The notes: generated by a model from the sequence alone, not told the origin. Shown: positions 1-17,017, counted from the first letter of the stretch. The stretch: DNA of 64,000 nucleotides from an uncultured Chloroflexia bacterium (GCA_963774265.1 CAVZDU010000006.1:192001-256000); one strand, 5' to 3'. Numbers and translations: made by a program.

Positions 1-2335
1 CGCGACCTTCACTGATGGGGTCTGGTTGGTCGAACTCGCAGCGCTTCGCGATGCGGCGCTCGTGCCAGACTTCGTCAGCCAGGCACTCGGCGTGCATCCA
101 ATTCTCAACCAGCCTGTCGACGAGCTACTCCTGAGCCATGTGCGGACCCGGCGGATGCTGCTCGTTCTCGACAACTGCGAACATCTGATCGCCTCCTGCG
201 CGGGACTTAGCCAGGCGATGCTGTCCGTTGCGCCCAATCTGACGATTCTCGCCACCAGCCGCGAGCCGCTCGCCATCACGGGCGAAACGCTCTACCACGT
301 GTCGTCGCTCTCCCTGCCGCCCAACGCGCAATCGAACCCGGATCAGGTGTCCCGATCCACTGCCCTCACCCTACCGGATGTGAGCGGCTATGAGGCAATT
401 CAACTGTTTGTCGAACGCACGAGAGCCATCCTGTCCGACTTTGCTTTGACTCCAGAGAACACCACGTCGATCGTCAGTATCTGCCGCCGCCTCGACGGCA
501 TCCCACTGGCCATCGAGCTGGCAAGTGCCCGCACCAGCGTATTGACGGTGCAGCAGATCGCGGAGCGGCTCGACGACCGGTTCGCTTTCCTCGTCTCGAG
601 CCAGCGCACGACTCCCGTCCCCCATCACCGCACCCTGCGCACGGCGATCGACTGGAGCTACGATCTGCTCACTTCGGAGGAGCAGGTCTTGCTGCGCCGC
701 CTGGCGGTCTTTGCCGCGGGCTTCACGCTGGACACGGTCGCAGGCATTTGCGGCGGTGACGGAGTGGCGCCCTGCGGTGAGGAGGGGCGGACCCTCGACC
801 TGCTCTCGTCCCTGGTCAACAAATCGCTCATCGTCGCCAACACACTGGGGCGCACCGAGGCGCGTTACCGCCTGCTCGAATCCATCCGCGACTATGCGCT
901 CGAGAAGATGAGCCAGGCCGGCGAGGCGGCGCGGTTGCGCGACCGCCACCTGGATCTGTTCGTCGCCCGCGCCGAAGAGGCCGCTCCGAGGCTGGGCGAC
1001 GCGTACCAGCAGCTCTGGCTGGCCTGGCTGGAAGGCGAGCACGACAACCTGCGCGCCGCCCTGGCCTGGTCGCTGGAGAGCGGTCGCATCGAGGCAGGAC
1101 TGCGGATCGCTAATGCACTCGTTCGATTCTGGGAGATCCGGGGGCATGTACAGGAAGGACTGGCATGGTTCGAGCGTTTGCTCACCCGGGCCGATGATGG
1201 CGTCACCCTGGCAGTCCGCGTGAACGCCTACACCTTTGCCTCATTTATGGAGATGTTCCTGGGGCACGCACCGGCAAGCACGGCCTATGCGCGAGCAGCG
1301 GTTGACCTGGCCGAGACGGACGGACGCAGGAGATCCGGCCCTCCTGGCATTCGCCCTGGCCGGCCTTGCTTCCGCCGCGCGCACGGCAGGTGACTATCGT
1401 ACCGCGTTTTCTGTGGCGGACCGCATCATACCCATCTATCGCGAAATCGGGCCGCCATTTCACTTGGGCATGGCGCTGCTTTCACAAGGAGGCTTGGCGA
1501 TTGAACTCGGCGCCTATGACACCGCCCGCGCTTTGCTGGAGGAGAGCCTCGCGCTGGCGCGTGAGAGCGGGCGATGCGTTTCGGGCCGGGCACGCACTGA
1601 ACTCCCTCGGCGACCTGGCGCGCTGCAAGCAGGATTATTCTGCGGCCAAAACCGCGTACGAGGAAAGCGTGGCGCTGCTGCGCGAAGTCGGCGCACAACG
1701 CGACCTGGCCTCGGCGCTGGGCAATTTTGGACACGCTTGCTTGCACCTGGGCGATGTCGAGCGTGCCCATGCCCTGTTCGGTGAGAGCATGGCAGCACAC
1801 CAGGCGCAGCAGAACGAGCCGGGTATGGCAGAATCCCTCGTTGGCTTCGCGGCGACTGCGATCGCGCGCGGCTTACCCGCGGCCGGCGTGCGCCTGCTCG
1901 CGGCTGCCGCGGCGACGAGCGAACAGCATGTCACGTCTGCATGGCCCGCGACACGAACCGAGTACGCCCACTATCTAGCACTCGCACGCGCCGGGCTCAC
2001 CGAGGCGGAATTCCGCGGCGGAAGAAGCGACGGGACGCGTCCTATCCCTCGAACAGGCAGTAGACTACGCGTTGAATCTGCCGCTCAAATCAGGCGCAAC
2101 ACCGGCGAGCAGGACAGAGCGGGACGAGCGGGACGAGCTGACCGAGCGGGAGCGCGAAGTCACCGCGCTCATTGCAGCCGGCAGGTCGAACGGCGAGATT
2201 GCCGATGATCTGGTGCTGAGCAAGCGCACCGTCGAGAAACACATCAGCAGTATCTTCTCGAAATTGGGGATGACTCACCGTGGCCAAATCGTGCAGTGGG
2301 CCATCGAACAGGGGCTGACCCGCGTCGCTCGGTGA
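1..2335 (+). CDS. ATPase (NB-ARC/STAND)-TPR-LuxR HTH transcriptional regulator, 5'-truncated by window edge, frameshifted
   Basis: Walker B LLVLDNCEH, ATSRE, GIPLAIELA and TPR-like repeats, with a C-terminal LuxR HTH (LTEREREV...GRSNGEIADDLVLSKRTVEKH) in ORF 2072-2335; spread over ORFs 26-1393, 1236-1784, 1366-2208, 2072-2335. Confidence 0.85.
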
Positions 2336-2417
2336 GCATCTGCCAGCCGAACTCCTCCTGACGTCGCAACGACTGTCTTCCTTATAAGCGATCACCACTA
2401 CTATTGCACAAGTGAAT

Positions 2418-2478
2418 TACGATACGTGTACGAATACGTGCGCGCACGCATGACATTCCGACCCCCTTCCTCCATACT
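2418..2478 (+). promoter_or_regulatory. Putative activator-dependent promoter with tandem ATACGTG repeats
   Basis: ATACGTG at 2422 and 2434, then ATGACA-17 bp-CATACT (2450-2478) upstream of the glycosyltransferase. Confidence 0.4.
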
Positions 2479-2544
2479 ATCCTCGTAACACAAGAAACGC
2501 GCAGGCCACGTTGGAATAGGCGTGGCGCAAGGGAAGGGACACCG

Positions 2545-3819
2545 ATGAATATTCTTTTCGCGACCATGCCATTTGACGGTCACTTCAACCCGCTCACCGG
2601 CATCGCCATGCACCTCAAGGACGCCGGTCATGACGTGCGCTGGTATGCGGGGCTGAGCTACACCGAGAAGCTGCAACGGCTCGGAATCCCGCACTTCCCG
2701 TACCGCCGGGCAATTGAGATCAACCAGGACAACATCGCCGAACTCTTCCCGGAGCGCGCCAAGCTGCGCGGCATGGCGTTCCTGAGGTTTGACGGCGAGA
2801 TAATCTTCGCCAGCAACTCCGAGAACTTCTTCCTGGACGTCCAGGAAATCGACGCGGCATTCCCCTTCGATGTGCTCTTTTGCGATGCCGCCTTCTACGC
2901 CATGAAGCTTGTCAAGGAGAAGCTGGGCAAGCGGGTGTGCTCGGTCGATGTGGGCCCATCACTGGAAAGCTCGGTGGACACGCCACCCAACTTCGTTGGC
3001 CTGAAGCCGGCCAAGACCACAGCCGGCCGGCTCGTCCACCGGGGGATGAAGGCGGTGATGGAGCGGATGGTGATGGACGGACCGAAGCGCATCTACAATA
3101 GCATGTTGGCCGCGCAGGGGCTTGCGCCCATCGACGGGACGCTGTTCGACGTCTCGTACCAGAGCCCGGACGTCTCGTTTCAAAATGGGGTGCCGAGTTT
3201 TGCATATCCGCGGCGCGAGCACAACCCAAAGACCAAATTCGTCGGTGCGCTGCTCCCGCACAAAGGGGCCATCACCCGGGCCTTCGCACAGCCCGAGAAG
3301 CTCGACAAGTACAAGCCCGTGATCCTGATCTCCCAGGGCACCGTCGATAACAAAGACCCGGGCAAGCTGATCGTGCCCGCGCTGGAAGCCCTGAAGGACA
3401 CAAGCGCCCTGCTCGTCGTCACCACCGGCCATGGCGACACCGCTGGACTGCGGCAGCGCTATCCGCAGGACAACATCATCGTCGAGGATTTCGTCGACTT
3501 CGACTTTATCTTCAACCACACGGATCTGTTTATCACGAACGGCGGCTACGGGAGCGTCCTGCTCAGCCTGAGCAAGGGCGTCCCGGTGCTTGGAGCGGGC
3601 GTCAAGGAGGGCAAGAACGACGTCAACGCGCATGTGGACTACTTCAAGGTTGGCATCGATCTACGCACCGAGAATCCCAAGCCCGACGCCATCCGGCGGG
3701 CGACCGCCAGGCTTCTGAGCGAACCTCAGTGGAAGCAAAATGCAGCACGGCTGTGCGACGAATTCGAGCGCTCCGATCCGTACCCAATGATCGACGCTTA
3801 TCTTGCAGGCATCAACTAA
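2545..3819 (+). CDS. Family 1 (MGT/UDP-glycosyltransferase-like) glycosyltransferase
   Basis: N-terminal MPFDGHFNP, ISQGT, FITNGGYGSVLLSLSKGVP (GT-B/PSPG-like box). Confidence 0.9.
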   Translation: MNILFATMPFDGHFNPLTGIAMHLKDAGHDVRWYAGLSYTEKLQRLGIPHFPYRRAIEINQDNIAELFPERAKLRGMAFLRFDGEIIFASNSENFFLDVQEIDAAFPFDVLFCDAAFYAMKLVKEKLGKRVCSVDVGPSLESSVDTPPNFVGLKPAKTTAGRLVHRGMKAVMERMVMDGPKRIYNSMLAAQGLAPIDGTLFDVSYQSPDVSFQNGVPSFAYPRREHNPKTKFVGALLPHKGAITRAFAQPEKLDKYKPVILISQGTVDNKDPGKLIVPALEALKDTSALLVVTTGHGDTAGLRQRYPQDNIIVEDFVDFDFIFNHTDLFITNGGYGSVLLSLSKGVPVLGAGVKEGKNDVNAHVDYFKVGIDLRTENPKPDAIRRATARLLSEPQWKQNAARLCDEFERSDPYPMIDAYLAGIN

Positions 3820-3832
3820 TAGGAGAGACACC

Positions 3833-4258
3833 ATGTCAATCGAACAGAACAAAGCCTTAGTTCGCCGATTCGACGACCTGATCAACGCACACGATGTGGC
3901 TGGGGCCTTCGCCCTGTGCAGCTCCAACTTTGTCGATCACGGACTACCTCCGGGAACGCCGCCCGGGGTCGAGAGCAGCCGCCGTTTCTTCGAGGGGCAG
4001 TTCGCGGCGTTCCCCGATCTGCAGGCCACCATGACGGATATCGTCGCCGAAGGCGACAGAGTCGTTATCCGCATGACGGTCGAAGGCACCCACCAGGGGC
4101 TGCTGATGGGCATCCCTCCGACCGGGAAGCATGTGAAGTGGAGTTTGATCAGCATTCACCGGATCGCGGACGGTAAGATCGCCGAGCATTGGGGTGAGAA
4201 CGACACCATGGGCCTCATGCAGCAACTGGGCGTCATTCCGCCGCCTCGGGCTGCATAA
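3833..4258 (+). CDS. SnoaL-like ester cyclase (NTF2 fold)
   Basis: MSIEQNKALVRRF...AFPDL...VAEGDRV...GTHQG...GIPPTGK...DGKIAEHW; AGGAG RBS upstream. Confidence 0.9.
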   Translation: MSIEQNKALVRRFDDLINAHDVAGAFALCSSNFVDHGLPPGTPPGVESSRRFFEGQFAAFPDLQATMTDIVAEGDRVVIRMTVEGTHQGLLMGIPPTGKHVKWSLISIHRIADGKIAEHWGENDTMGLMQQLGVIPPPRAA

Positions 4259-4269
4259 GCAGTACGTTC

Positions 4270-4305
4270 GAGACCCTGAGGAATTTCGAAAACCCTCAGG
4301 GTCTC
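4270..4305. repeat. REP-like palindrome / possible terminator
   Basis: GAGACCCTGAGG...CCTCAGGGTCTC, 12-bp perfect inverted repeat. Confidence 0.7.
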
Positions 4306-4463
4306 AATCGCGCCAACCCGACCAGGACGACCACCTCGGCGACCTCGACGAGAGTGGTGAACAGGCTCAGGGGCGTGACCGGCAGGACGACGTTGGCAGC
4401 CGGGCCAACGAACGGAACGCCCAGGGTGCGCGTCAGAACATACAGCACGATAATCGCGGCGTT
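4296..4463 (-). pseudogene. 3' remnant of a small membrane protein gene
   Basis: Protein-like hydrophobic stretch NAAIIVLYVLTRTLGVPFVGPAANVVLPVTPLSLFTTLVEVAEVVVLVGLARL with no plausible start or RBS; its upstream part is occupied by the YdeI-like gene. Confidence 0.45.
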
Positions 4464-4501
4464 GTGGAGGTGGCACGGTATAGGCTGCTTTGTTAGGGGG
4501 G

Positions 4502-5083
4502 TTACGGCTGGTCGAACATCACCCGAATATTCTGCTCGGCCAGCTCCACCGTGCGCGCGATGCGCCTGGCGCGCGTCTCCGGCCGCTTGGCGGAGGCGAT
4601 GAAGTAGAGGATGCCCTTTTTGACCGATGTGCTGAAGCCATTCCAATACTGCTCTGCCGCAGAATTGGCTGCCAGGCTCGCGGCGAAATCCTCAGGCACG
4701 GCCAGCTCGTCGATCGCATCGTGGGCTGTCCACGTGCCGTTTGCCTTCGCGATCTCGATGGCCGCGAGCCCGGCGGGCATCATCAGCCCCTGCTCGATCA
4801 GCCGCGCCACCCGCTCCTTGTTGCTCCTCGCCCAGATGCTCTTCGGTTTGCGCGGGGTAAAGATCTGCTTGAAACGGGTCGCGTCGAGGGTGGTGGTCTT
4901 GCTGTCGATCCAGCCGAAGCAGAGCGCCTCCTCCACCGCGTCTTCGTAAGACACTCCGGGCTCCACACTGTTCTTCTTGTGGATGATCAGCCATACCCCG
5001 GGAGAGGACGCGTGATGCTCGGCAAGCCACGCGCGCCAGGCCGCGTGGTCGGGGACCTGAACAGTGTCGAATGCCGCCTGCAT
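4502..5083 (-). CDS. YdeI/OmpD-associated family protein
   Basis: AWRAWLAEHH...YEDAVEEALCFGWIDS...FTPRKPKSIWARSNK...SAKRPETRARRI. Confidence 0.9.
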   Translation of the reverse strand: MQAAFDTVQVPDHAAWRAWLAEHHASSPGVWLIIHKKNSVEPGVSYEDAVEEALCFGWIDSKTTTLDATRFKQIFTPRKPKSIWARSNKERVARLIEQGLMMPAGLAAIEIAKANGTWTAHDAIDELAVPEDFAASLAANSAAEQYWNGFSTSVKKGILYFIASAKRPETRARRIARTVELAEQNIRVMFDQP

Positions 5084-5221
5084 AGTCGTATTATAACTCA
5101 ATCGCTTCCGCAACCTGCAGACAGCTGCAGCGTATAGCTTCACATCAGATGTAAGATCCCAGCCCGGCATGCCACCTCGTGCAGCGGATCTCTGCTGCAG
5201 AAACAGGAGTAGTTCGAGTTG

Positions 5222-6319
5222 ATGCAGCCCGCCATGGTTTCGTCACCGCTCCGCGCGGGGGTGGCGACCGCGACCCGCCGCCTCCTGTTCTTCGACAACC
5301 TGCGCGTGGTCTTGATGATCATGGTCATCATGCACCACGTCGGCCAGGCATACGGTCCGACGGGCGGCGAGTGGCTCATCCAGGAGCCAAACCGCGCGGC
5401 CATCCTCGGGCCGTTCTTCACGGTCAATCGCTCGTTCGGCATGAGCCTGTTCTTCATGATCGCGGGCTATTTCACGGTCATCGCCTGCGATCGCAAGGGA
5501 CCGCTCCCTTTTCTCAAGGATCGCCTCGTGCGGCTTGGCATCCCCCTGTTGGTCTGGGTCGCGATGATGGAGCTGATCCAGGGCTTGATTGAGCGAAGGC
5601 TGATTTGGCCGGTCGAGATCGGTCACTTGTGGTTCGTGCAGCACCTGCTGATCTACAGCGTGGCCTACGCCGGTTGGCGGATGATCAGGCCTGGTCGCGC
5701 CGCTCCAGACACCCCGCCCGGCCACGCACCGGCCTGGTGGCGCATCGTGGCCTTTGCGCTCGGCCTGGCCTTTGTTTCGGCCGTTGTCCGCATCTGGTAC
5801 CCCATCGACCGGTGGGTCTACTTGCTTGGTTTTGTACGGGTGGCATTTGCGGACGTGCCGCGTGACCTCAGTCTTTTCGTCATCGGCGCGGTGGCCTACC
5901 GCCGGGGCTGGGTGTTGGGCTTCCCAACACGGGCTGGGCGGGCATGGCTGATCCTGGGTCTGCTCCTGGCCGCCTTGTGGTATGTGTACGCGCTAACGTT
6001 GCCCGAAGGGTTGCCCATGAGCGATGTTGCGGGAGGGCTGAGCTACGCGGTGTGGGAGTCGCTGCTGTGTATCAGCATGTGCATCGGCCTGACCGTGCTT
6101 TTCCGTGACCATTTCGCCGGGCAAAGCGGGCTGGGCAAGAAGCTGGCGCAGGCCCAATACACCGCGTACGTGTTTCACATCCCGGTGGTCTTGCTGTTCC
6201 AGTGGCTGGCGCTCGGCCTGGCAGCCGCACCGTTCGTCAAATTCGTCCTGGTGAGCCTGGTCACCGTGCCCGTGACGTTCTTCGTCAGCTATTGGATCAG
6301 GAAGCCGCTGAGGATGTAG
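5222..6319 (+). CDS. Acyltransferase family 3 (OpgC/MdoC-like) membrane protein
   Basis: RLLFFDNLR...HH, MSLFFMIAGYF, RLVRLGIP, GHLWFV; multiple TM helices. Confidence 0.85.
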   Translation: MQPAMVSSPLRAGVATATRRLLFFDNLRVVLMIMVIMHHVGQAYGPTGGEWLIQEPNRAAILGPFFTVNRSFGMSLFFMIAGYFTVIACDRKGPLPFLKDRLVRLGIPLLVWVAMMELIQGLIERRLIWPVEIGHLWFVQHLLIYSVAYAGWRMIRPGRAAPDTPPGHAPAWWRIVAFALGLAFVSAVVRIWYPIDRWVYLLGFVRVAFADVPRDLSLFVIGAVAYRRGWVLGFPTRAGRAWLILGLLLAALWYVYALTLPEGLPMSDVAGGLSYAVWESLLCISMCIGLTVLFRDHFAGQSGLGKKLAQAQYTAYVFHIPVVLLFQWLALGLAAAPFVKFVLVSLVTVPVTFFVSYWIRKPLRM

Positions 6320-6325
6320 ATCCTC

Positions 6326-6865
6326 TCACATCATGCCCCGCGCGGCCTGATCCGTGCTCGGCCGCCCTCTCGAATATAACAGGAATGGGCCCTTATCGTC
6401 GCTTCCTTCTTTTTCGAAGACCATGCCGATTTTCGTTGCCACCTTGATCGAGGCCAGATTCTCACGATCAACCAAGCAGACTAGACGCGGCAGCCGGAGC
6501 TGTTCGAAGCCATAGGCGAGAATAGCCTGAGCTGCTTCTGTTCCCAATCCCTGTCCCCAGTACGCCTGGGCCAGCGTGTAGGCCACTTCAACTTCCGGTC
6601 GCCCATCGATCGTCCACGGCAGCAAGCCACACCGCCCGATGAATCGATTCGTTTCTTTGTGGATGGTCGCCCAAAGTCCTAGTTCAGGATGGTCTGGATG
6701 TCCATTCATATGCCACTCCAGCTCTTCCCGGGCCTCTTCGTAAGTGCGGGGAGCGTCGGGTATGTATGTGATCACATGAGGATCACAATAGAGCGCAAAC
6801 AGGTCATCGAGGTCGCCCGGCGCCAGGTGTCGAAGAATCAGTCTCCTGGTTTCCATAATTATCAT
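6326..6865 (-). CDS. GNAT N-acetyltransferase (RimJ/RimL family)
   Basis: ETRRLILR, EVEVAY, YWGQGLGTEAA, ENLASIKVATKIGM. Confidence 0.9.
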   Translation of the reverse strand: MIIMETRRLILRHLAPGDLDDLFALYCDPHVITYIPDAPRTYEEAREELEWHMNGHPDHPELGLWATIHKETNRFIGRCGLLPWTIDGRPEVEVAYTLAQAYWGQGLGTEAAQAILAYGFEQLRLPRLVCLVDRENLASIKVATKIGMVFEKEGSDDKGPFLLYSRGRPSTDQAARGMM

Positions 6866-7082
6866 CTGCTGTAATCGAACCCTTCTCCCAGTCACAACAA
6901 GTATACCAAAAAGATATAAAGAGGTGCAAGTATAGGACAAATAGTTTCTCCGGCCTGGCTGTCTCGAATCTATCATTTGACCGATGCATTTTCAGCGGTC
7001 CGGATGCATCATATAGACCAGAAGGGAAGATGAGGCATGTCAGTCTCTATGGCCTCAAGTTAACCATTCCCTCAGGGCGCCG

Positions 7083-7445
7083 ATGCTGGCACTAGCTGTA
7101 GCAAATGACCTTTTGCGCCGCGAAAGTCTGCGGGCGATGCTGATTGCGTTGGCAGGTGCGGACACAATCGACGCAGTTGACTGTGAGGCCGCGCGCCGGG
7201 TGATGGTGGCAGCTGAGCCGGACCTGGTGGTGGTCGACGGGGGCCTGCCGCTGGACGAGATGCTGTGCCTGGTGGAAGAAGTGGCACGGCAGCGGCCTCT
7301 CGTGCAATGTGCGGTGTTGAAAGTCGAGTTGTCGCAGCGTGCGGCACTGGAGGCGGCGGGCGCCGGGTTCATCGTGCTCGAAGGGGAACCGCCCGATCGG
7401 TTCTTCGATCAAATGATAAAGTGGTTCGCGGCCGCGGATCAATAA
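7083..7445 (+). CDS. Stand-alone atypical receiver (REC)-like protein
   Basis: EPDLVVVDGGLP and ALEAGAGF pattern of NarL-type receivers; conserved Lys appears replaced. Confidence 0.5.
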   Translation: MLALAVANDLLRRESLRAMLIALAGADTIDAVDCEAARRVMVAAEPDLVVVDGGLPLDEMLCLVEEVARQRPLVQCAVLKVELSQRAALEAAGAGFIVLEGEPPDRFFDQMIKWFAAADQ

Positions 7446-7455
7446 GGAGGATCGC

Positions 7456-7841
7456 ATGCGCATCAATTTGAGCAGCGTCTTGGTTGACGATCAAGAGAAG
7501 GCTCTGCAATTCTATACGGAGGTGCTGGGGTTCGAGAAGATGGCCGACATCCCGATAGGCGACTACCGGTGGTTGACCGTCACCTCACCTGAGGGGGTGG
7601 AGGGGGTGGAGCTGGTCCTTGAGCCAATGGGATTTCCGCCCGCGGCACCTATCAAAAAGCCCTGTTCGACGCCGGAATTCCACTCACCGCGTTTATCACG
7701 AGCAATATGGAGGACGAATTCAGACGGCTCAAGGAGCGTGGGGTGGTCTTCCGCGGGGAGCCGAAAAGCATGGGGCCGATTATCGCGGTCATGTTCGAGG
7801 ACACCTGTGGCAACCTGATTCAACTTGTCCAGCCGGTCTGA
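7456..7841 (+). CDS. VOC/glyoxalase family protein (frameshift near 7645)
   Basis: SVLVDDQEKALQFYTEVLGF...RWLTV...ELVLEP, continuing in another frame YQKALFDAGIP...FEDTCGNLIQLVQ. Confidence 0.85.
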
Positions 7842-7867
7842 AGCCCCGGAAATCCAAAAAGATTCTA

Positions 7868-7896
7868 TTGACCGGGATCCTGTCCCCTGCTAGAAT
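7868..7896 (+). promoter_or_regulatory. Sigma70-type promoter for the SulP gene
   Basis: TTGACC-17 bp-TAGAAT. Confidence 0.55.
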
Positions 7897-7959
7897 GGCG
7901 CGTGACCGAATCACTTGTCGGGTTCCCTCGCTGTTGGCCAGGCCATCTGGAGATGACAT

Positions 7960-10194
7960 ATGCCTCGAACAGTGACCGGGCGGACCATGCTCTTGCGGAA
8001 AGGACGCTTCCCGTCTGAGAGTCTCCTCCCGGGCGTGGTCGCGGGGATCCTGGTTGGCACGACCGAAGTCATCATCGCCCTGTCGCTCGGCACCCTCATC
8101 TTCTCCGGTCCGCTGGCGCCCTATCTCCCCTACGGCGTTGGGATGGCGCTCATTTCTGCGACCATCCTGATGGCCGGCATTGCGTTGGTCAGCCGCATCC
8201 CCGCGGTGGTAGCCAGCGTACAGGACAGCCCAGCGGTTGTGCTGGCCGTGATGGCAGCCGGTCTCGCCGCAGCCCTCTCTGCCAGCGCGCCCGAGACCGT
8301 ACTGGCAACGGTGCTCGTCGCACTTGCCGTCGCCACCACCCTGACAGGCTGCACCTGCCTGGCTCTCGGCTACTTCAAGCTGGGCAAACTGGTGCGCTTC
8401 GTTCCTTACCCGGTCATCGGCGGCTTCCTGGCCGGCACCGGCTGGCTGCTGGTGACCGGGTCGTTCGGGGTCATGTCCGACTATGCGCTGACCTGGCGCA
8501 ATATCCCGGCGCTGCTCGATCCGCAGCAACTGGTCCTGTGGGGACCCGGCCTCGCCATCGCCTTGCTGCTCTTCTTCGGCCTCCGGCGCATTCGCCACCT
8601 TCTTGCCCTGCCCGCGCTCCTGGCAGGCTCGCTGGCACTTTTCTTCTTCGTTCTCTGGGCTAGCGGCACCTCACTCCAGGCCGCCATCCAGCGCGGCCTG
8701 CTATTGGGGACCGCCAGCCAGGGGACCATCTCGCATCCCCTGGCCGCGGGCCGTCTCCTGGCTGTCGATTGGCCCGCGATCGCGACCCAGGCCGGCAATA
8801 TCGCGATCGTCATCGCACTGAGTGTGATCAGTCTGCTGCTCAATGCTTCAGCTCTGGAGTTGGCCGTCGGCCAGGATGTTGACCTGAACCATGAACTCAA
8901 GGCGGCGGGCTTCGCCGGCATCGCCTCGGGCCTAGCGGGCGGGCTTGTCGGCTATCAGACGCTCAGCCTGACCGCGCTCGCACATCGCATGGGCGCCCGG
9001 GACCGCCTGCCGGGATTGGTTGCGGCCGCTCTGTGCGCGGCCATCCTGCTGGCTGGCTCCAGCCTGCTGGCCTACGTGCCGAAGGCCATCCTCGGCGGTC
9101 TGCTGCTTTTCCTGGGCCTGGACTTTCTCGTCGAGTGGCTCGTGCGGGGCTGGAAGAGGCTCTCACGCGTTGACTACGCGGTCGTCGTGCTGATTCTTGG
9201 CGTCATCGCGGTCGCGGGCTTCCTGCTCGGCGTCGCCGTTGGGCTGCTGGTGATGGTGATCCTCTTTGTGCTCGACTACAGCCGGATGGGCGCGGTTCAC
9301 CTGGCCTTGTCCGGTTCGCAGCGCCGGAGCAACGTCGAACGCTGCACGTATCACCGGCAGGTGTTGGCAGACGATTTGGGGAAACGGATCTACATCCTTG
9401 AGCTGCAAGGTTTCATCTTCTTCGGAACGGCCACTGCGGTCCTGGACAAGATCCGGGCGCGGCTCACCGACAAGGCCCAACCGCTCGTGCGCTACATAAT
9501 TCTGGACTTCCGCCGGGCCACCGGCCTGGATTCCTCCGGCGTGATCAGCTTCGTCAAGGGCGGGCAATCGGCGAGCACGCATGGCTGCACCCTGGTGCTG
9601 ACGCATCTGACAGAGGCAATGCGCCGTCGTTTCAGCCTCGACGGCATCGTAGACAATGCCGAAGGGGTGCGGATGTTCCCGGACCTCGACCGCGGCCTGG
9701 AATGGTGCGAAGACCAGCTCCTGGACAGCGAGGGCATCACCTTTATTCACGTGCCTGTCACGCTCAGCGCACAACTTGCCGACAGTGGGTTCGAGAAGAA
9801 GAAGACGACCCGGCTGCTGCCCTACCTGGAACGGGTCGACTTCGAGCAGGGCGATCGCCTGATGGTGCAGGGGGACGAGGCCGACGAGCTGTATTTCATC
9901 GAACAGGGCACGGTCTCGGTGTGTCTGGAACTGGATAACGGCGAGTGCGTGCGCCTCCAGACGCTGGGGCTGGGCACAGCGGTCGGCGAGCCGGGCATGT
10001 ACCTCGGCACGAAGTGCAGCGCTTCCGTGATCGCGGATTCGCCGGGCATCGCCTACCGGCTCACGCGGCAGGGGCTGGCGCAGATGGAGCAAGAGGACGC
10101 TGCTCTCGCCGCCAGCTTCCACCGGCTGGTCGCGCGCCTGCTATCCGAACGGCTGGTGGCCACCACGCGAACGTTGGAGGCGGTGTTGAAGTAG
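7960..10194 (+). CDS. SulP family inorganic anion transporter with STAS and cyclic-nucleotide-binding domains
   Basis: TM core with RFVPYPVIGGFLAGTG; STAS (LQGFIFFGTA, ILDFRRATGLDSS); cNMP-like (QGDEADELYFIEQG...GE). Confidence 0.9.
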   Translation: MPRTVTGRTMLLRKGRFPSESLLPGVVAGILVGTTEVIIALSLGTLIFSGPLAPYLPYGVGMALISATILMAGIALVSRIPAVVASVQDSPAVVLAVMAAGLAAALSASAPETVLATVLVALAVATTLTGCTCLALGYFKLGKLVRFVPYPVIGGFLAGTGWLLVTGSFGVMSDYALTWRNIPALLDPQQLVLWGPGLAIALLLFFGLRRIRHLLALPALLAGSLALFFFVLWASGTSLQAAIQRGLLLGTASQGTISHPLAAGRLLAVDWPAIATQAGNIAIVIALSVISLLLNASALELAVGQDVDLNHELKAAGFAGIASGLAGGLVGYQTLSLTALAHRMGARDRLPGLVAAALCAAILLAGSSLLAYVPKAILGGLLLFLGLDFLVEWLVRGWKRLSRVDYAVVVLILGVIAVAGFLLGVAVGLLVMVILFVLDYSRMGAVHLALSGSQRRSNVERCTYHRQVLADDLGKRIYILELQGFIFFGTATAVLDKIRARLTDKAQPLVRYIILDFRRATGLDSSGVISFVKGGQSASTHGCTLVLTHLTEAMRRRFSLDGIVDNAEGVRMFPDLDRGLEWCEDQLLDSEGITFIHVPVTLSAQLADSGFEKKKTTRLLPYLERVDFEQGDRLMVQGDEADELYFIEQGTVSVCLELDNGECVRLQTLGLGTAVGEPGMYLGTKCSASVIADSPGIAYRLTRQGLAQMEQEDAALAASFHRLVARLLSERLVATTRTLEAVLK

Positions 10195-10262
10195 GGGCGA
10201 CCCTGCGTGGTCGCCCAGGGCATGCGAAAGCGTAGGGGCGACCCTGCGTGGTCGCCCAGGGC
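10191..10262 (+). repeat. Tandem GTAG-type REP elements (2 x 31 bp)
   Basis: GTAGGGGCGACCCTGCGTGGTCGCCCAGGGC at 10191-10221 and 10232-10262, identical copies, each with an internal hairpin. Confidence 0.85.
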
Positions 10263-10281
10263 CTACGAAAGGTGCCGGGCC

Positions 10282-13232
<2,951 letters not shown>

Positions 13233-13272
13233 GTTGCACGGCTGGTGTGCCGTATGCCAGAAGGAGGACTCA

Positions 13273-13646
13273 ATGGCAAGCGAGCAGACAGTAGAGACCT
13301 TGAGGCAGTTCCTTGATGCGTTCAACCGGCACGACCTGGATGCCATTATGGCGTTCTTCGCAGAGGACTGCTCGATGGATTCGCCACGCGGCCCCCATCC
13401 CTGGGGCAAACGGCTCGTTGGAACAGACCAGGTGCGTGCAGGGTGCGCTGCTCGCTTCGCCGGCCTGCCGGACGCGCACTACGGCGAGGACCGCCACTGG
13501 GTCTGTGGGACCATGGGATTCTCCGAATGGACCCTCACGGGCACCACACCGTCCGGCGAGCATGTGGAGGTGCGAGGCACCGACCATCTCACATTCCGGG
13601 ACGGCAAGATCGTACGAAAGGATTCCTACTGGAAGATCGTCGAGAC

Positions 13647-13650
<4 letters not shown>
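13273..13650 (+). CDS. SnoaL-like / NTF2 family protein
   Basis: FLDAFNRHDLDAIMAFF...SEWTLTGT...EVRGTD..TFRDGKIVRKDSYWK. Confidence 0.9.

Positions 13651-17003
<3,353 letters not shown>

Positions 17004-17017
<14 letters not shown>

Noticed and set aside
10191-10262. Two 31-bp direct repeats as a mini CRISPR array
   Set aside because: The spacer is only 10 bp, there are only two copies and no cas genes, and the GTAG+hairpin structure matches a REP.
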